From NCBI GenBank assembly GCA_041601615.1, contig JBFIHX010000006.1, positions 115,353 through 179,352 of the forward strand: a stretch of DNA of 64,000 nt, written 5' to 3'. Below are positions 50,057 to 59,608 of this stretch, in pieces (position 1 is the stretch's first letter; each line of letters starts with the position of its first letter). The position numbers and the translations under genes were made by a program. The notes beneath the pieces were generated by a model. That model was not told the origin of the DNA. It made no database searches and was given only the letters and a program-made list of their open reading frames with translations. The stretch is from Thermoplasmatota archaeon. GTDB lineage: Archaea; Thermoplasmatota; E2; JACPAO01; JAHFTW01.

Positions 50057-51544
50057 ATGGCAGGCTCGCAGAGTGTGGGCGGACTTCTCAAAACCGGCAG
50101 CGACGAGAATCCAGACCTGCGCGAGGAGTCGCGTCAAATCGCAGAATGGCTCTGGGATTGGGCCGCCCCGGGATATGGGCCCCGCGGCAGCACAAAACTG
50201 GTGGTCTCTAGCGATGGACCCGGCGGCCTGATCGTGTCCGGCAGCCCAGCAACGAGCCTACGCGAGGCCGACCCGGCACACCCCGGCGTCTCCCCCTACA
50301 CTCGAATGGCCGATTCCATGCAGGCAACCCGAGGCGACGGCGCCACCACTGCCCTCCTCTTGGCTGTCGCGCTGGTACGGCGCGCCCTCGAGACAGACGG
50401 CCCCCTGCGGCCCCTCCTGGACGGTGTGCACGCGGCCCGCCGCCAATGCCTCGCCGTCTTGTCCGCCCATGCGATACGAGCCAAGCCCGAGAAACTGCTT
50501 GCCAGCGTCGTTCCCGATCAACCCAGTTGGCCAGGCATCATGGTTGCTGGCCTACGGCGGCTCTCCGAGCATGGACACTTGGACCTAGACGCCATCGACG
50601 TGCGCCCGGAACCTGGCAACGAACTTACCTGGGACGAAGGACTCATCCTTGAACCGGAAGCCCCCGCTGCGCGCCCCGACCGGCCCGCTTTGCGCGTCGC
50701 CCTCGTGACGGGTGTGCGAGAAAAGACCGCCACGGACGCCACATTGCGCATTCGCAGCCCCGTCCTCGGCTCAGGTGGCGACGACCGCTGGCGACAGCTT
50801 GCCGACCGCATCGCCAAACTCGGCGTGGGCATCCTATTGTCCATGAAGGCACTGCCCGAAGACCTGCGCGGCGCCTTGCTCGATCGAGACATCCTCATCC
50901 AACAAAACCTTCCCAAACCCCTCGCCTGGCGCATACAAACCGCCACCGGCGCAGAACTCGTTCCTAGCCCAGAAACGCTGACACTCGACGACCTTGGCAT
51001 CGCGGACCTTCGCAAGCGGCACAACCGCCGGGGCGGCTGGAGCCTGCACGGACCCGGACTCGCTGCGACTCTGCATGTTCCGCAAGCGACCGGCAACATC
51101 CAGGAAGCACGGGTGGACGACGCCGAACGACTGCTTCGAGCGGCGGGTGCAGCCATGGAGGACCCTCGAGGCGTTCCTGGCGCCGGCGGCTGGCACATGC
51201 TCCTCGAAACATCCGTGGCAGGCATGGTCGAACTCATGGAAGGCCGGGCGCAACTGGGCGCCAGAGCCGCTGAGCACGCCCTGCGAGACCTGCGCCACGC
51301 CCTCGTTCGCAACGCCGGCCTAGACCCGCTCGATGTGCCCTTGCCACCCGCCCCCGCCGGCCTCATGGACGGTTACGCCGTGGTGCGAGACGCCGTGGAC
51401 AACGCATTCCGAACCGCCGACGCCATCATACGCCTAGACGGACGCTACCAAAAACGCGGAAGTGCTCCCGCAGACCTTCGCGGCGGCACCGGGCCAGCCG
51501 GCAGTCCACTTGGCATGCCCGGCGACGTTCCGCCCCTGATGTAG
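50057..51544 (+). CDS. Divergent group II chaperonin (thermosome/TCP-1)-like protein
   Basis: YGPRGSTKLVV, HP, GDGATTALLLA, VPGAGG, LVRNAGLDPLD, ADAIIRLD align with thermosome motifs. Confidence 0.8.
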   Translation: MAGSQSVGGLLKTGSDENPDLREESRQIAEWLWDWAAPGYGPRGSTKLVVSSDGPGGLIVSGSPATSLREADPAHPGVSPYTRMADSMQATRGDGATTALLLAVALVRRALETDGPLRPLLDGVHAARRQCLAVLSAHAIRAKPEKLLASVVPDQPSWPGIMVAGLRRLSEHGHLDLDAIDVRPEPGNELTWDEGLILEPEAPAARPDRPALRVALVTGVREKTATDATLRIRSPVLGSGGDDRWRQLADRIAKLGVGILLSMKALPEDLRGALLDRDILIQQNLPKPLAWRIQTATGAELVPSPETLTLDDLGIADLRKRHNRRGGWSLHGPGLAATLHVPQATGNIQEARVDDAERLLRAAGAAMEDPRGVPGAGGWHMLLETSVAGMVELMEGRAQLGARAAEHALRDLRHALVRNAGLDPLDVPLPPAPAGLMDGYAVVRDAVDNAFRTADAIIRLDGRYQKRGSAPADLRGGTGPAGSPLGMPGDVPPLM

Positions 51545-51601
51545 CTCGCGCCCCGCCCGCTGCCCCCTCCTCCCAAGGGCCGCGGCCCGGCATGGCGGGG
51601 C

Positions 51602-52384
51602 CTAACCAGTCAAATCCTTGCGCTGGAACGCCCACAGGCTCACCGCAAAACAGGCTGCCGAAAGCAAAAGCCCAAACGCAACATAGCCAAAATCCACGCC
51701 GCCGCCAAACCAATCGCTGCGGCCGTAATGGAACGTGATACTTGCCCACCGCAGCGGCGAAATCGCATCCACCTGGGTCGCCAACGCTCCGAGAAAATAG
51801 CTCGACGTAATGAACAAGGTCCCGACCATGATCGCCACCGAACGGCGATGCGCAAAGGCACCCGCCATGAACGTCACCATGCCAAACGCCCACGCCGCCG
51901 GCAACCCATCCAGCACCGCAAGCGGCAGACGCCACAACGCCTTCGTCTCACCAATCGCCCACGCCGCAAGCACAGCAACCACCGCGATGATCGCAAAGAA
52001 CAACACTTGCGTCACCAGCACCGAAAACCCACTCGCTAGCACCAAATCCCGCCGAGACAACGGCGTGGAAAGCAGCAAATCAAGACGCCCCTGCTCCTCC
52101 TCGCCCGCAAGCGTCCGACTTGCATGCATCATGGCAAAAATCCCCGCCAATACCGGCAAGACACTCAAAAACTGACTGTCGATGAAACCCGGAAACGACG
52201 AAATGGCATGGGCACCGCCAAACAACTCCCGCGCCGACTCCGGAAGTTCCTGCCACAGTTTGTCAAAATCCTCGTTGCCCTTGACCGCCGGAAAACTTGC
52301 CACCGTCACCAGCATCAACACTCCAAGGCCGATGCTCCACCCCAACAAACTGCCCCGCGCCTCGCGCATCGCAATGTGAAACAT
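51602..52384 (-). CDS. ABC-2 type permease
   Basis: LAGEEEQGRLDLLLSTPLSR, FQRKDL; multi-TM. Confidence 0.9.
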   Translation of the reverse strand: MFHIAMREARGSLLGWSIGLGVLMLVTVASFPAVKGNEDFDKLWQELPESARELFGGAHAISSFPGFIDSQFLSVLPVLAGIFAMMHASRTLAGEEEQGRLDLLLSTPLSRRDLVLASGFSVLVTQVLFFAIIAVVAVLAAWAIGETKALWRLPLAVLDGLPAAWAFGMVTFMAGAFAHRRSVAIMVGTLFITSSYFLGALATQVDAISPLRWASITFHYGRSDWFGGGVDFGYVAFGLLLSAACFAVSLWAFQRKDLTG

Positions 52385-53322
52385 CAGGCGCCCTCCAAAG
52401 CCGCGACCTTCTCGTCTTCATACAGATACAGCAACGCATCCTCCAGTTCCTGCGTGCTCGTGCGGCATGACGCCACCTCAAAATTCGCGATGAGCTTCAC
52501 GAGTGCCGCCGGAGAACCCTCCAGAAGGAACCGATACTGCCTCGGCCCCCGCGACCACACACGCGCCACACCCTCAATGCCCTGAAACGCCGCAGGCGGA
52601 ACCGGCTGCGCAAACTCCACAATCCACTGCTCCTCAAGATTCGCACGAAGCTCCAAGAGCGTCTGACTCAACAAAAGCCGCCCCGCCCGCACCAACGCCA
52701 CGCGATCGCACACCTGCTCCACCTCGTGAATCACATGCGACGACAGAAACACCGTCGCCCCACGAGCCTTCGCCTCCAAAATCAAACCATGCACCTCCCG
52801 CCGAAGCAACGGATCCAACCCATCCGTCGGCTCATCCAAAATCAACAAGTCCGGATCATGCATGAACGCCTGCACCAAACCCAACTTCTGCTTGTTGCCC
52901 TTCGACAAACGCCGAATCTTAGTGCCCAAATCTGCACCCAACCGCTCCACGAGTACAGCCTGGCGCTCCCCGTCCAAGCCGCCGCGCAAATCCGACATAT
53001 CCTGCAAAAACGTGCCACCCGTTCGATTCTCCCACAAGGACAACTCACCCGGCAAATACCCAATCTGCGCCCGCAACTCCGACCCATGCCGATGCGGATC
53101 CAACCCCAACACCCGCGCCCGGCCCGCCGTCGGCTTCAGAAGCCCCAGGAGGCTGCGGATGGTCGTACTTTTGCCCGAGCCATTGGGTCCAATGAAACCA
53201 AACACCTCGCCGCGCCGAACCTCCAGATCAAGATCCAAAATGCCTCGACCCTGACCAAAATCCTTGCTCCAGCCCTGGGCCGCAATGGCCGGAGTACGGG
53301 TGCCCGTGGCGGGATGCACCAT
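52384..53322 (-). CDS. ABC transporter ATP-binding protein
   Basis: GPNGSGKSTT, LSKGNKQK, LILDEPTDGLD, LSSH. Confidence 0.95.
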   Translation of the reverse strand: MVHPATGTRTPAIAAQGWSKDFGQGRGILDLDLEVRRGEVFGFIGPNGSGKSTTIRSLLGLLKPTAGRARVLGLDPHRHGSELRAQIGYLPGELSLWENRTGGTFLQDMSDLRGGLDGERQAVLVERLGADLGTKIRRLSKGNKQKLGLVQAFMHDPDLLILDEPTDGLDPLLRREVHGLILEAKARGATVFLSSHVIHEVEQVCDRVALVRAGRLLLSQTLLELRANLEEQWIVEFAQPVPPAAFQGIEGVARVWSRGPRQYRFLLEGSPAALVKLIANFEVASCRTSTQELEDALLYLYEDEKVAALEGA

Positions 53323-53412
53323 TCAATACCACTTGGCGGGAGAAAGGATAAGACCCTGCCCTTCAGCAACGCAAGGACGCCACCCAATCAGGCAAAAAAA
53401 GAAGCCGGCAGC

Positions 53413-53769
53413 TCAGCCATCCAGGCGCAACGCATCCAGCGCCGCCGGCAGCTCCGGCTCCTCGACGAAGGTCGCATCCGGAATCTGCTCACGCAACGTA
53501 AACCACGAATCCTCGTCGCCGCCCACAAAAATAAACGGAATCTCGCGGCCCCAACTGGTCCCACGCACCGACTCCACGGCCGTGTGGATGCGATCTGCGT
53601 CATGGTCGAGGTTGGCCACCACCACATGCGGCTCCAACTCACGAATCGTCCGGTACGCCCGGCTTGCATCCTGGGACTCCACGCCGACCGTGAAGCCCGC
53701 CGCCATCAACCGCTCCGCCCAATCCTGGGCCACTTCCGGCTCCCAGTGAATGAGGAATACTTTCGCCAT
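53413..53769 (-). CDS. Stand-alone pseudo-receiver (CheY-like) domain
   Basis: KVFLIHWE...PHVVVANL...IPFIFVGG follows receiver topology. Confidence 0.7.
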   Translation of the reverse strand: MAKVFLIHWEPEVAQDWAERLMAAGFTVGVESQDASRAYRTIRELEPHVVVANLDHDADRIHTAVESVRGTSWGREIPFIFVGGDEDSWFTLREQIPDATFVEEPELPAALDALRLDG

Positions 53770-54009
53770 GCCGGTGCAGAGGGAGTTCAGGCTTTCAGCG
53801 CGTCGCTTCCAAACAAGCGGACACCCCCACGGCTCCCTCCGTGCAAGCACCGGCCTACTCGGTCGCGTTTTAGAGCCACCCCGTTGTTGCGCCATCGCCG
53901 TGAACCTCCACACCCCCTTGTTCCAGCATAATCCACGGACATTCCTTCCCACCCGAAGAAACAAAACCGCATCCCGGCAGCGCCGGCCGTCAGCCACGGA
54001 GACCATAGC

Positions 54010-54402
54010 ATGAACATCGATCCCGTCGCAGCACCCCTGACCGCGCACGGCTATGATCAAATTCGCATCCGAGGCATCCGCGTCGAAGCAATCATCGGTT
54101 TCTCGGAGCACGAAACCACCGTCTTGCAACCCGTCGACGTGGACCTCGTCATCGAAGTGACTCCCCCCACGTCCTACCTCGACGACCCTTCCGGCGTCGT
54201 GGACTACAAGCAACTCAAAGACGACATCCGCGCCGCCACCCTCGGCACCCGATACCAGCTCCTTGAGGTGCTCGCCCAGGCCATCACCGCCATCGTACTT
54301 TCACACGAACCCGTCCAGCGTGTCACCATCACCGCCCACAAACCGGGCGCGCTGACCGGCGCCGACGACGTGGCCGTGCGCCTCACTCGATCCCGCGCAT
54401 GA
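54010..54402 (+). CDS. folB: Dihydroneopterin aldolase
   Basis: IIGFSEHE...QPVDVDL, VDY, LLEVLA, HKPGA. Confidence 0.9.
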   Translation: MNIDPVAAPLTAHGYDQIRIRGIRVEAIIGFSEHETTVLQPVDVDLVIEVTPPTSYLDDPSGVVDYKQLKDDIRAATLGTRYQLLEVLAQAITAIVLSHEPVQRVTITAHKPGALTGADDVAVRLTRSRA

Positions 54403-54782
54403 CCACACGCCCCGTCGTGGTGGCCCTCGGCAGCAACATCGAGCCCGAGCAAAACATCCCAGAAGCCTTGCTGCGGTTGAAGGCGCAATTCGAGGTGCAA
54501 GCCGAGGCCCCCATCTACCAGACCCCGCCGGTGGACCGGCCCGAGCAAGCGGATTTCTGGAACAGCGCAGTGATGATCCGAACAGAGCTTGACCTAGAGA
54601 CTGTACGCAGCGAGCTTCGCGCCATCGAACAAGCACATGGCCGGGTCCGCACCGCCGACAAGAGCGCCGCAAGGACCCTCGACCTCGACATTTTGTGGGC
54701 CGACGGGGAAATTCTGGACCCCGACGTGGCGACGCGGCCGTTTCTGAGGTGGCTGCTGCGAGACCTAGGCGTCACGCCCTGA
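54399..54782 (+). CDS. folK: 6-hydroxymethyl-7,8-dihydropterin pyrophosphokinase (short form)
   Basis: ALGSNI, Q.DFWNSA, IEQAHGRVR, RTLDLDIL. Confidence 0.9.
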   Translation: MTTRPVVVALGSNIEPEQNIPEALLRLKAQFEVQAEAPIYQTPPVDRPEQADFWNSAVMIRTELDLETVRSELRAIEQAHGRVRTADKSAARTLDLDILWADGEILDPDVATRPFLRWLLRDLGVTP

Positions 54783-55247
54783 CGCCGGCCGGATGTGCAC
54801 CGTCTTCGACACCGTCGCAACCACGTCGCCGGCAGCATCCACCCAAGAAAGTTCATACTCCAAATCCAATTTCGGCTCCGACACCAACCGCCGGCGCACC
54901 TCGGCCACCTGCTCGGCGGGAATCTCGAACTCCATCCGGAGTGTCCCCCGCCCCGGCTTGCGAAATCGTATCGCCGCCGCCTTGTCCCAGACCACGAAAT
55001 CCGGGCCCAGGATGTGCATCCAGGCAAGCATCAGGTGCGGATCGGCGGCAGAATACAGCGTGCCGCCGTAGTGCGTCCCGACGTAATTGCGCGTGCGCCA
55101 GTTCAGAGGGAGTCTGACCTTCCAGTGGCGCCAGTCGCTGCTGATGTGCGTGACGCGCACACCCGTGTTGCGGATGGGTGGAAAGAACCGCATGGCGTGG
55201 CGGAAGGTGCGGGGGGAGAGGTTTTGGAAGAAGGTGGAGGGGTTCAT
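54765..55247 (-). CDS. DUF4442/PaaI-like hotdog-fold protein
   Basis: TRNYVGTHYGGTLYSAADP, VWDKAAAIRFRKPG. Confidence 0.9.
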   Translation of the reverse strand: MNPSTFFQNLSPRTFRHAMRFFPPIRNTGVRVTHISSDWRHWKVRLPLNWRTRNYVGTHYGGTLYSAADPHLMLAWMHILGPDFVVWDKAAAIRFRKPGRGTLRMEFEIPAEQVAEVRRRLVSEPKLDLEYELSWVDAAGDVVATVSKTVHIRPASGRDA

Positions 55248-55259
55248 AATATCAAGGAT

Positions 55260-55841
55260 CTAATTATTTCCTAGTAAATTCCTAAAATCTTCATTAATAA
55301 TATTTATAATTATGGGAATTTCCTCATGAACAATGTTTTCAGCTTCGTCTTTGAAATCCCTTGCTTTATCTATGTTGGGGAAATTTTCTCTATTTTCAAT
55401 TATTGTTGCTGTTTTATAATTTTGTATAGATTTTCTTATCTTTTTAATAAAATCATCGATATGATTACATGTTTTCGGAGCCAATAGTATTTTATTTTCA
55501 ATGTAAAACTCCATAAACTCCTTGAATGAATTTTGTATATTCTTTATCCTGTCGACATCATTTGGATCCCCAGCCATTCTGAATGGATTTATGTAAAAAC
55601 TGACGTCATTATCTAACCTATAAAGCAAGCCAGAAATTTTATGGACGGCTTCTGCCCTTTTTAAATGAAACGTTTGATAAGTAAAAGTATTTTTGTTAAG
55701 TTTTTCTTCCCCTTCCCTTTTATGGAGTTCTAACTTTATATTGTTTTTATATGAAAGATATATGCCCACAATGCCAAATAAAGATGCCAATAGTGATATA
55801 ATAAGGGAAGTTGCAAACTCACTATCCGCGTTTATGTCCAT
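55260..55841 (-). CDS. Very AT-rich hypothetical protein with N-terminal TM
   Basis: 193-aa ORF with I/K/N-rich composition filling an AT-rich block. Confidence 0.75.
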   Translation of the reverse strand: MDINADSEFATSLIISLLASLFGIVGIYLSYKNNIKLELHKREGEEKLNKNTFTYQTFHLKRAEAVHKISGLLYRLDNDVSFYINPFRMAGDPNDVDRIKNIQNSFKEFMEFYIENKILLAPKTCNHIDDFIKKIRKSIQNYKTATIIENRENFPNIDKARDFKDEAENIVHEEIPIIINIINEDFRNLLGNN

Positions 55842-56377
55842 TTTATGTTACACCCCATACTCGGCACCTGCACCTCCACCACGTCCCCAGCAACAACGGC
55901 CCGCACCGCCTCCCGCAAGTCCGTCCCCGAAACCGGAACATCGTTTCCGGGCCGACTGCCGTCGAACTGTCCCCGGTACGCGAGCTTGTGGTCCTTGTCG
56001 AACAGGAAGAAGTCAGGGGTGCAGGTCGCGGAGTAGGCGCGGGCCACGTTTTGCGTCTCGTCGAACAGGTACGGGTGCGTGTAGTTGCGTAGCTTGGCTT
56101 CCACGCGCATCATTTCGGGGCTGTCGTCGGGGTAGCTCTCGGCGTCGTTGCTGTTGATGCTGACCACGGCAACACCCTGGGCTTGTGCTTCTTGGGCAAC
56201 GATACTCCATTGGTCGGCGATGTGCTTGACGTAGGGGCAGTGGTTGCAAATGAAAGCAACAAGCAGCGGCTCGCCGTCGAAGTCGCTGCGCCGGACGGTG
56301 TCCCCTTCTGTGTCGGGCAAGGCAAAGTCGGGGGCCTTGGTCCCGAGGGGGATCATGGCGGAAGGCGTCAGCACCAT
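55832..56377 (-). CDS. Thioredoxin/AhpC-TSA family protein
   Basis: FICNHCPYV, YPDDS, ATCTPDFF, YRGQFD, SMGCNIKW. Confidence 0.92.
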   Translation of the reverse strand: MVLTPSAMIPLGTKAPDFALPDTEGDTVRRSDFDGEPLLVAFICNHCPYVKHIADQWSIVAQEAQAQGVAVVSINSNDAESYPDDSPEMMRVEAKLRNYTHPYLFDETQNVARAYSATCTPDFFLFDKDHKLAYRGQFDGSRPGNDVPVSGTDLREAVRAVVAGDVVEVQVPSMGCNIKWT

Positions 56378-56427
56378 GGGTGTCCTGAACGCGCTACCGG
56401 GTTTGACCTTGGCGGCTTGCGCAGGGT

Positions 56428-56931
56428 TCAGTCGAAGTGCTCCCATTCTTGAATCCAGGACCCGGACACTATCGCGGCCACGAGGTAGGCGAGGGGGATG
56501 CGCCACCAGAAGGAGCGGGCTGTGCGGTGGTGGCGGGTGAAATGCAGGGCGAGTGCGAAACTTGCAAGGGACGCGAGCCAGACGAGCCATCCAAGCCAGG
56601 CGTTGTCGTCGTAGTTTCCGGGCGCGAGAAGGTGCTGGCCGAAGAGGGGAAACAGGAAGGATTCAAACCACCAGTTGTCGGCGTTGATTTGGAAGGTTTG
56701 CCAGAAGCCCTGGTTGCAGGGAAATGGCGGGAGCACCTCTTCGACAGTGCCGTTGGGGTGGACGGTGGTGCCGGAGATGGTGCGCGTTTTGCACCAAAGC
56801 GTTTCGAGTGCGGGCCACAGGACCGTTGAGAAGGTGTTGATGAACAGTGCAGCCGCAGTGAGCCATGCGGGAATTGGGATTCGGCGTGTCCATTCCGGAA
56901 GCTGCACCTTGCGCCATAGGGCCTGATCCAT
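56428..56931 (-). CDS. Hypothetical membrane protein
   Basis: Trp-rich, about three TM helices. Confidence 0.65.
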   Translation of the reverse strand: MDQALWRKVQLPEWTRRIPIPAWLTAAALFINTFSTVLWPALETLWCKTRTISGTTVHPNGTVEEVLPPFPCNQGFWQTFQINADNWWFESFLFPLFGQHLLAPGNYDDNAWLGWLVWLASLASFALALHFTRHHRTARSFWWRIPLAYLVAAIVSGSWIQEWEHFD

Positions 56932-56988
56932 TTGGGGGCATCGAATGTGTCGACCATGGGCAAGATCGCAGCGTGGCCCTGGGGGGTT

Positions 56989-57987
56989 CTAGCTGTTCCA
57001 GAGTCCCGTGTACATGAGCGCAAAGATGCAGTTGACCGCCAGGAAGGTTAGGCTGCAAAGGATGATTCCTTGCACGCGCGCGGGCCCGGTTTGGGCTTTA
57101 CCGATGAAGATGTGGTACTGATACAGCAGGAGCGGGACAAATACCACAAGGAGCGGGAACATGGCGCGTGGAATCACGGTGTTGGTCCATGAGAGCAGGA
57201 GGGCGCCGATGTTGCAGGCAATCCAGGCAACCCAGCCGACATGGTAGGCGCGGCGCTTGCCTAGGTGTGTGGCGAGGGTGAGGTAGCCGGATTCTAGGTC
57301 GGCTTCGCGATCGACGAGTGTTGTGGGTACGTACACGGCGATGGCGACTGCGAGGGCTTGGGGGGCGAGGTGGAAAGGAAATTCGATGAGGGGTGCGGCG
57401 AGGCTCCAGCCCGCTAGGCCGCTGAGTAGGCCGACGCCGATGGCGTTGACGGCGACGTCGGCGCCGGGGCGGGTTTTGAGGCGAACGGGAGGCACGGAGT
57501 AGGCCCAGGCCAGTACGAGGTTGGCGAGCACGAGCAGGAAGAAGGTGGTTCCGACAAACCATGCAGCAATGAGGGCAGCCGCACCGATTCCGTGGGCCGC
57601 ATTGGATGCCCATCCTCGGGACACGACGCCTTGCACGAGGGGACTTCGGGCCTTGCGGGGGTTGAGCCGGTCGCCGTCGAGGTCGTGCACGTCGTTGATG
57701 AGAAGCGTGGCAGTCCATAGGAGGGGCCCCATGACGAGGAGCCCGAGCAACAAGCGATGGGCTTGGTCCCAGATGGATGAGAGGGTGGCTAGAAATTCGC
57801 TGCTTGTCGCGCCGGTGCTGGTGGCTTGGTGCCAAAATGCGATTGCTGTGTCAAGGCCGGGCAGCAATTCGCGGGTTGCAAGGACGTGTCCGATGAGCAC
57901 GGGTAGGAAGGTGACCATCCATACTTCGGGCCGAGCGAGTCGCCAGAGGGCTTGTAGCATCTCAGCGAGGTTTGGGTCCCGATCCAT
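56989..57987 (-). CDS. UbiA-family prenyltransferase (lycopene elongase LyeJ/CrtEb-like)
   Basis: ARP, INDVHDLDGDRLNPRK, YSVPPVRLKTRP, DREAD...GYLTLA. Confidence 0.8.
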   Translation of the reverse strand: MDRDPNLAEMLQALWRLARPEVWMVTFLPVLIGHVLATRELLPGLDTAIAFWHQATSTGATSSEFLATLSSIWDQAHRLLLGLLVMGPLLWTATLLINDVHDLDGDRLNPRKARSPLVQGVVSRGWASNAAHGIGAAALIAAWFVGTTFFLLVLANLVLAWAYSVPPVRLKTRPGADVAVNAIGVGLLSGLAGWSLAAPLIEFPFHLAPQALAVAIAVYVPTTLVDREADLESGYLTLATHLGKRRAYHVGWVAWIACNIGALLLSWTNTVIPRAMFPLLVVFVPLLLYQYHIFIGKAQTGPARVQGIILCSLTFLAVNCIFALMYTGLWNS

Positions 57988-58059
57988 GGCGAATGCCAGG
58001 AGTTGTTCAAAATAGAGATTGGGATTGGGAATGAAAAGGAAAAGATTGCTCCAATTTGT

Positions 58060-58773
58060 TCAACCGAGCCGGCACTGGGTGTAGTGGATGGTGAGGTTGG
58101 GGTGGACTTCCTCTTGTTCTTGGGTCTTGGTCCATTGGGCCTCGTTGGGACACGGGGCGGGGTCGAGCCAGATGTCGTGGCGGCAGCGGTCGTCGAGCGT
58201 CCAGATGACTTCATTGGACCAGATGATGGTGCGTTGGAGTCGGTCGCAGGGGCCGCCGGTGTTGGTGGCGGGTAGGGGCGGGATGACGATGTTGGCGCAG
58301 TAGGTGACGCTGACGGTGACTGGGTAGTACGTCGTGGTGTGGGTCATGGGGCCTTGCACGAGGCAGTTGGGGTTTTCGTTGACGTCGACGGTGGTTTGGC
58401 AGTTGTGGGCGATGTGGATGGTGGTTTCGCCTTGTCCTGCGATGGGTCGGAGGTGGTATTCGCGGGGTCCGCATCCGGGTGCGGCTCCAATGGGGGGCAG
58501 GCCGCCGGGGTTTCCGGGATTGCCGTCGCAGATGGTGATGGCGATGGTGAGGTTTTCTCGGGCAACCAGGGTCTTGGTTGTGCCTCCGCCGCCAAGGCAG
58601 CTGCCGCTGGTGTCGAGGTGCGGGTCGGGGCTGCAGTCGTCACGGAAGAACAGGCCGGTCCAGGAATTCAGGGCGACGTCGGGCACGGGGCAGTTGTCGT
58701 CTGCGCTGGCGGTGGGTGCTGCGAGGCCGGCGAGCAGAATTGAGGCCGCGAGGGCGAGGGTGATGGATCGCAT
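58060..58773 (-). CDS. Secreted 4-Cys-module protein A (3 modules)
   Basis: Signal ending PTASA; 12 Cys in three groups of four. Confidence 0.8.
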   Translation of the reverse strand: MRSITLALAASILLAGLAAPTASADDNCPVPDVALNSWTGLFFRDDCSPDPHLDTSGSCLGGGGTTKTLVARENLTIAITICDGNPGNPGGLPPIGAAPGCGPREYHLRPIAGQGETTIHIAHNCQTTVDVNENPNCLVQGPMTHTTTYYPVTVSVTYCANIVIPPLPATNTGGPCDRLQRTIIWSNEVIWTLDDRCRHDIWLDPAPCPNEAQWTKTQEQEEVHPNLTIHYTQCRLG

Positions 58774-58888
58774 CGCGGGGCAAGATGGCTGCGGGCACTT
58801 AGGTCGTGGCGGGCGGTACCCGTTTAGCTAGTGGTGGGCCCGGGTTGCTGCAAGTGGGTGGAAGGCGGGAAAGGTGGTTTGGCGCGGA

Positions 58889-59608
58889 TCAAATCACGGG
58901 CCCGGTGGCGGAGCCGGGGATGCAGCGTTGGGTTTCGAGGGTACCAATGGGGGTGCCGATGTCTTTCTTGGTGGCGGGTTCGGCGCCGAGGCAACTCCAG
59001 CGGATGACGCAAGCGTCGGGGGGGTTGAGGATGCCGCCACCGAGGTGGTCGGTGCAGATGCCGGCTTCGTCTTGGTTGGGGTCGCGAAATAGTCCGGAGT
59101 GGGATTCGCTTGCTTCGGCCCAGAGGACGGGACAGACGGGGGTTTGGACCGTGACTTTCTCGATGTGTTGGTAGATGTGCGTGGGGTCGACGGCGCACCA
59201 GTAGCCGGCAAGCACTGTGAGGGTGACTTGGCAGGTGGGTTGGTCGAGGTAGATGTCGAGCACTTGGCTGGCGGGCCAGGGGGTGTTGAATCCGGTGGGG
59301 CAGGGGCGCTCGGTGGTGGCGACGTCGATTGGGGGGAGTTGTTGGAGGATGCCGCCGTTGCAGACGAGGACGCGGGCGGTGTGGCCGGCGGCGTCTCCTT
59401 CGATGCGTTCGCCCCAGGCACCGACGCAGGTGGCGCCGTCGAGGATGCCGATTTCGAGGGTGCAGTCTTCGCGAAGGGTGATGCTGTTGAGGCCGTCAAA
59501 GACGTGCGTTTCGTCGCAGCGGGGGGTTTCGTGTGCTTGGGTGATGGGGGCGAGGGTGAAGGCTGCCAGAAGCAGGGCGGTTGTGGTGAGGAGGGTGCGT
59601 AGTCGCAT
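58889..59608 (-). CDS. Secreted 4-Cys-module protein B (3 modules)
   Basis: Signal ending PITQA; 12 Cys. Confidence 0.8.
   Translation of the reverse strand: MRLRTLLTTTALLLAAFTLAPITQAHETPRCDETHVFDGLNSITLREDCTLEIGILDGATCVGAWGERIEGDAAGHTARVLVCNGGILQQLPPIDVATTERPCPTGFNTPWPASQVLDIYLDQPTCQVTLTVLAGYWCAVDPTHIYQHIEKVTVQTPVCPVLWAEASESHSGLFRDPNQDEAGICTDHLGGGILNPPDACVIRWSCLGAEPATKKDIGTPIGTLETQRCIPGSATGPVI

Noticed and set aside
55248-55860. Replication origin at the AT-rich block and skew switch
   Set aside because: Block is filled by an ORF; no ORB repeats or cdc6/orc1; similar skew switches occur elsewhere.
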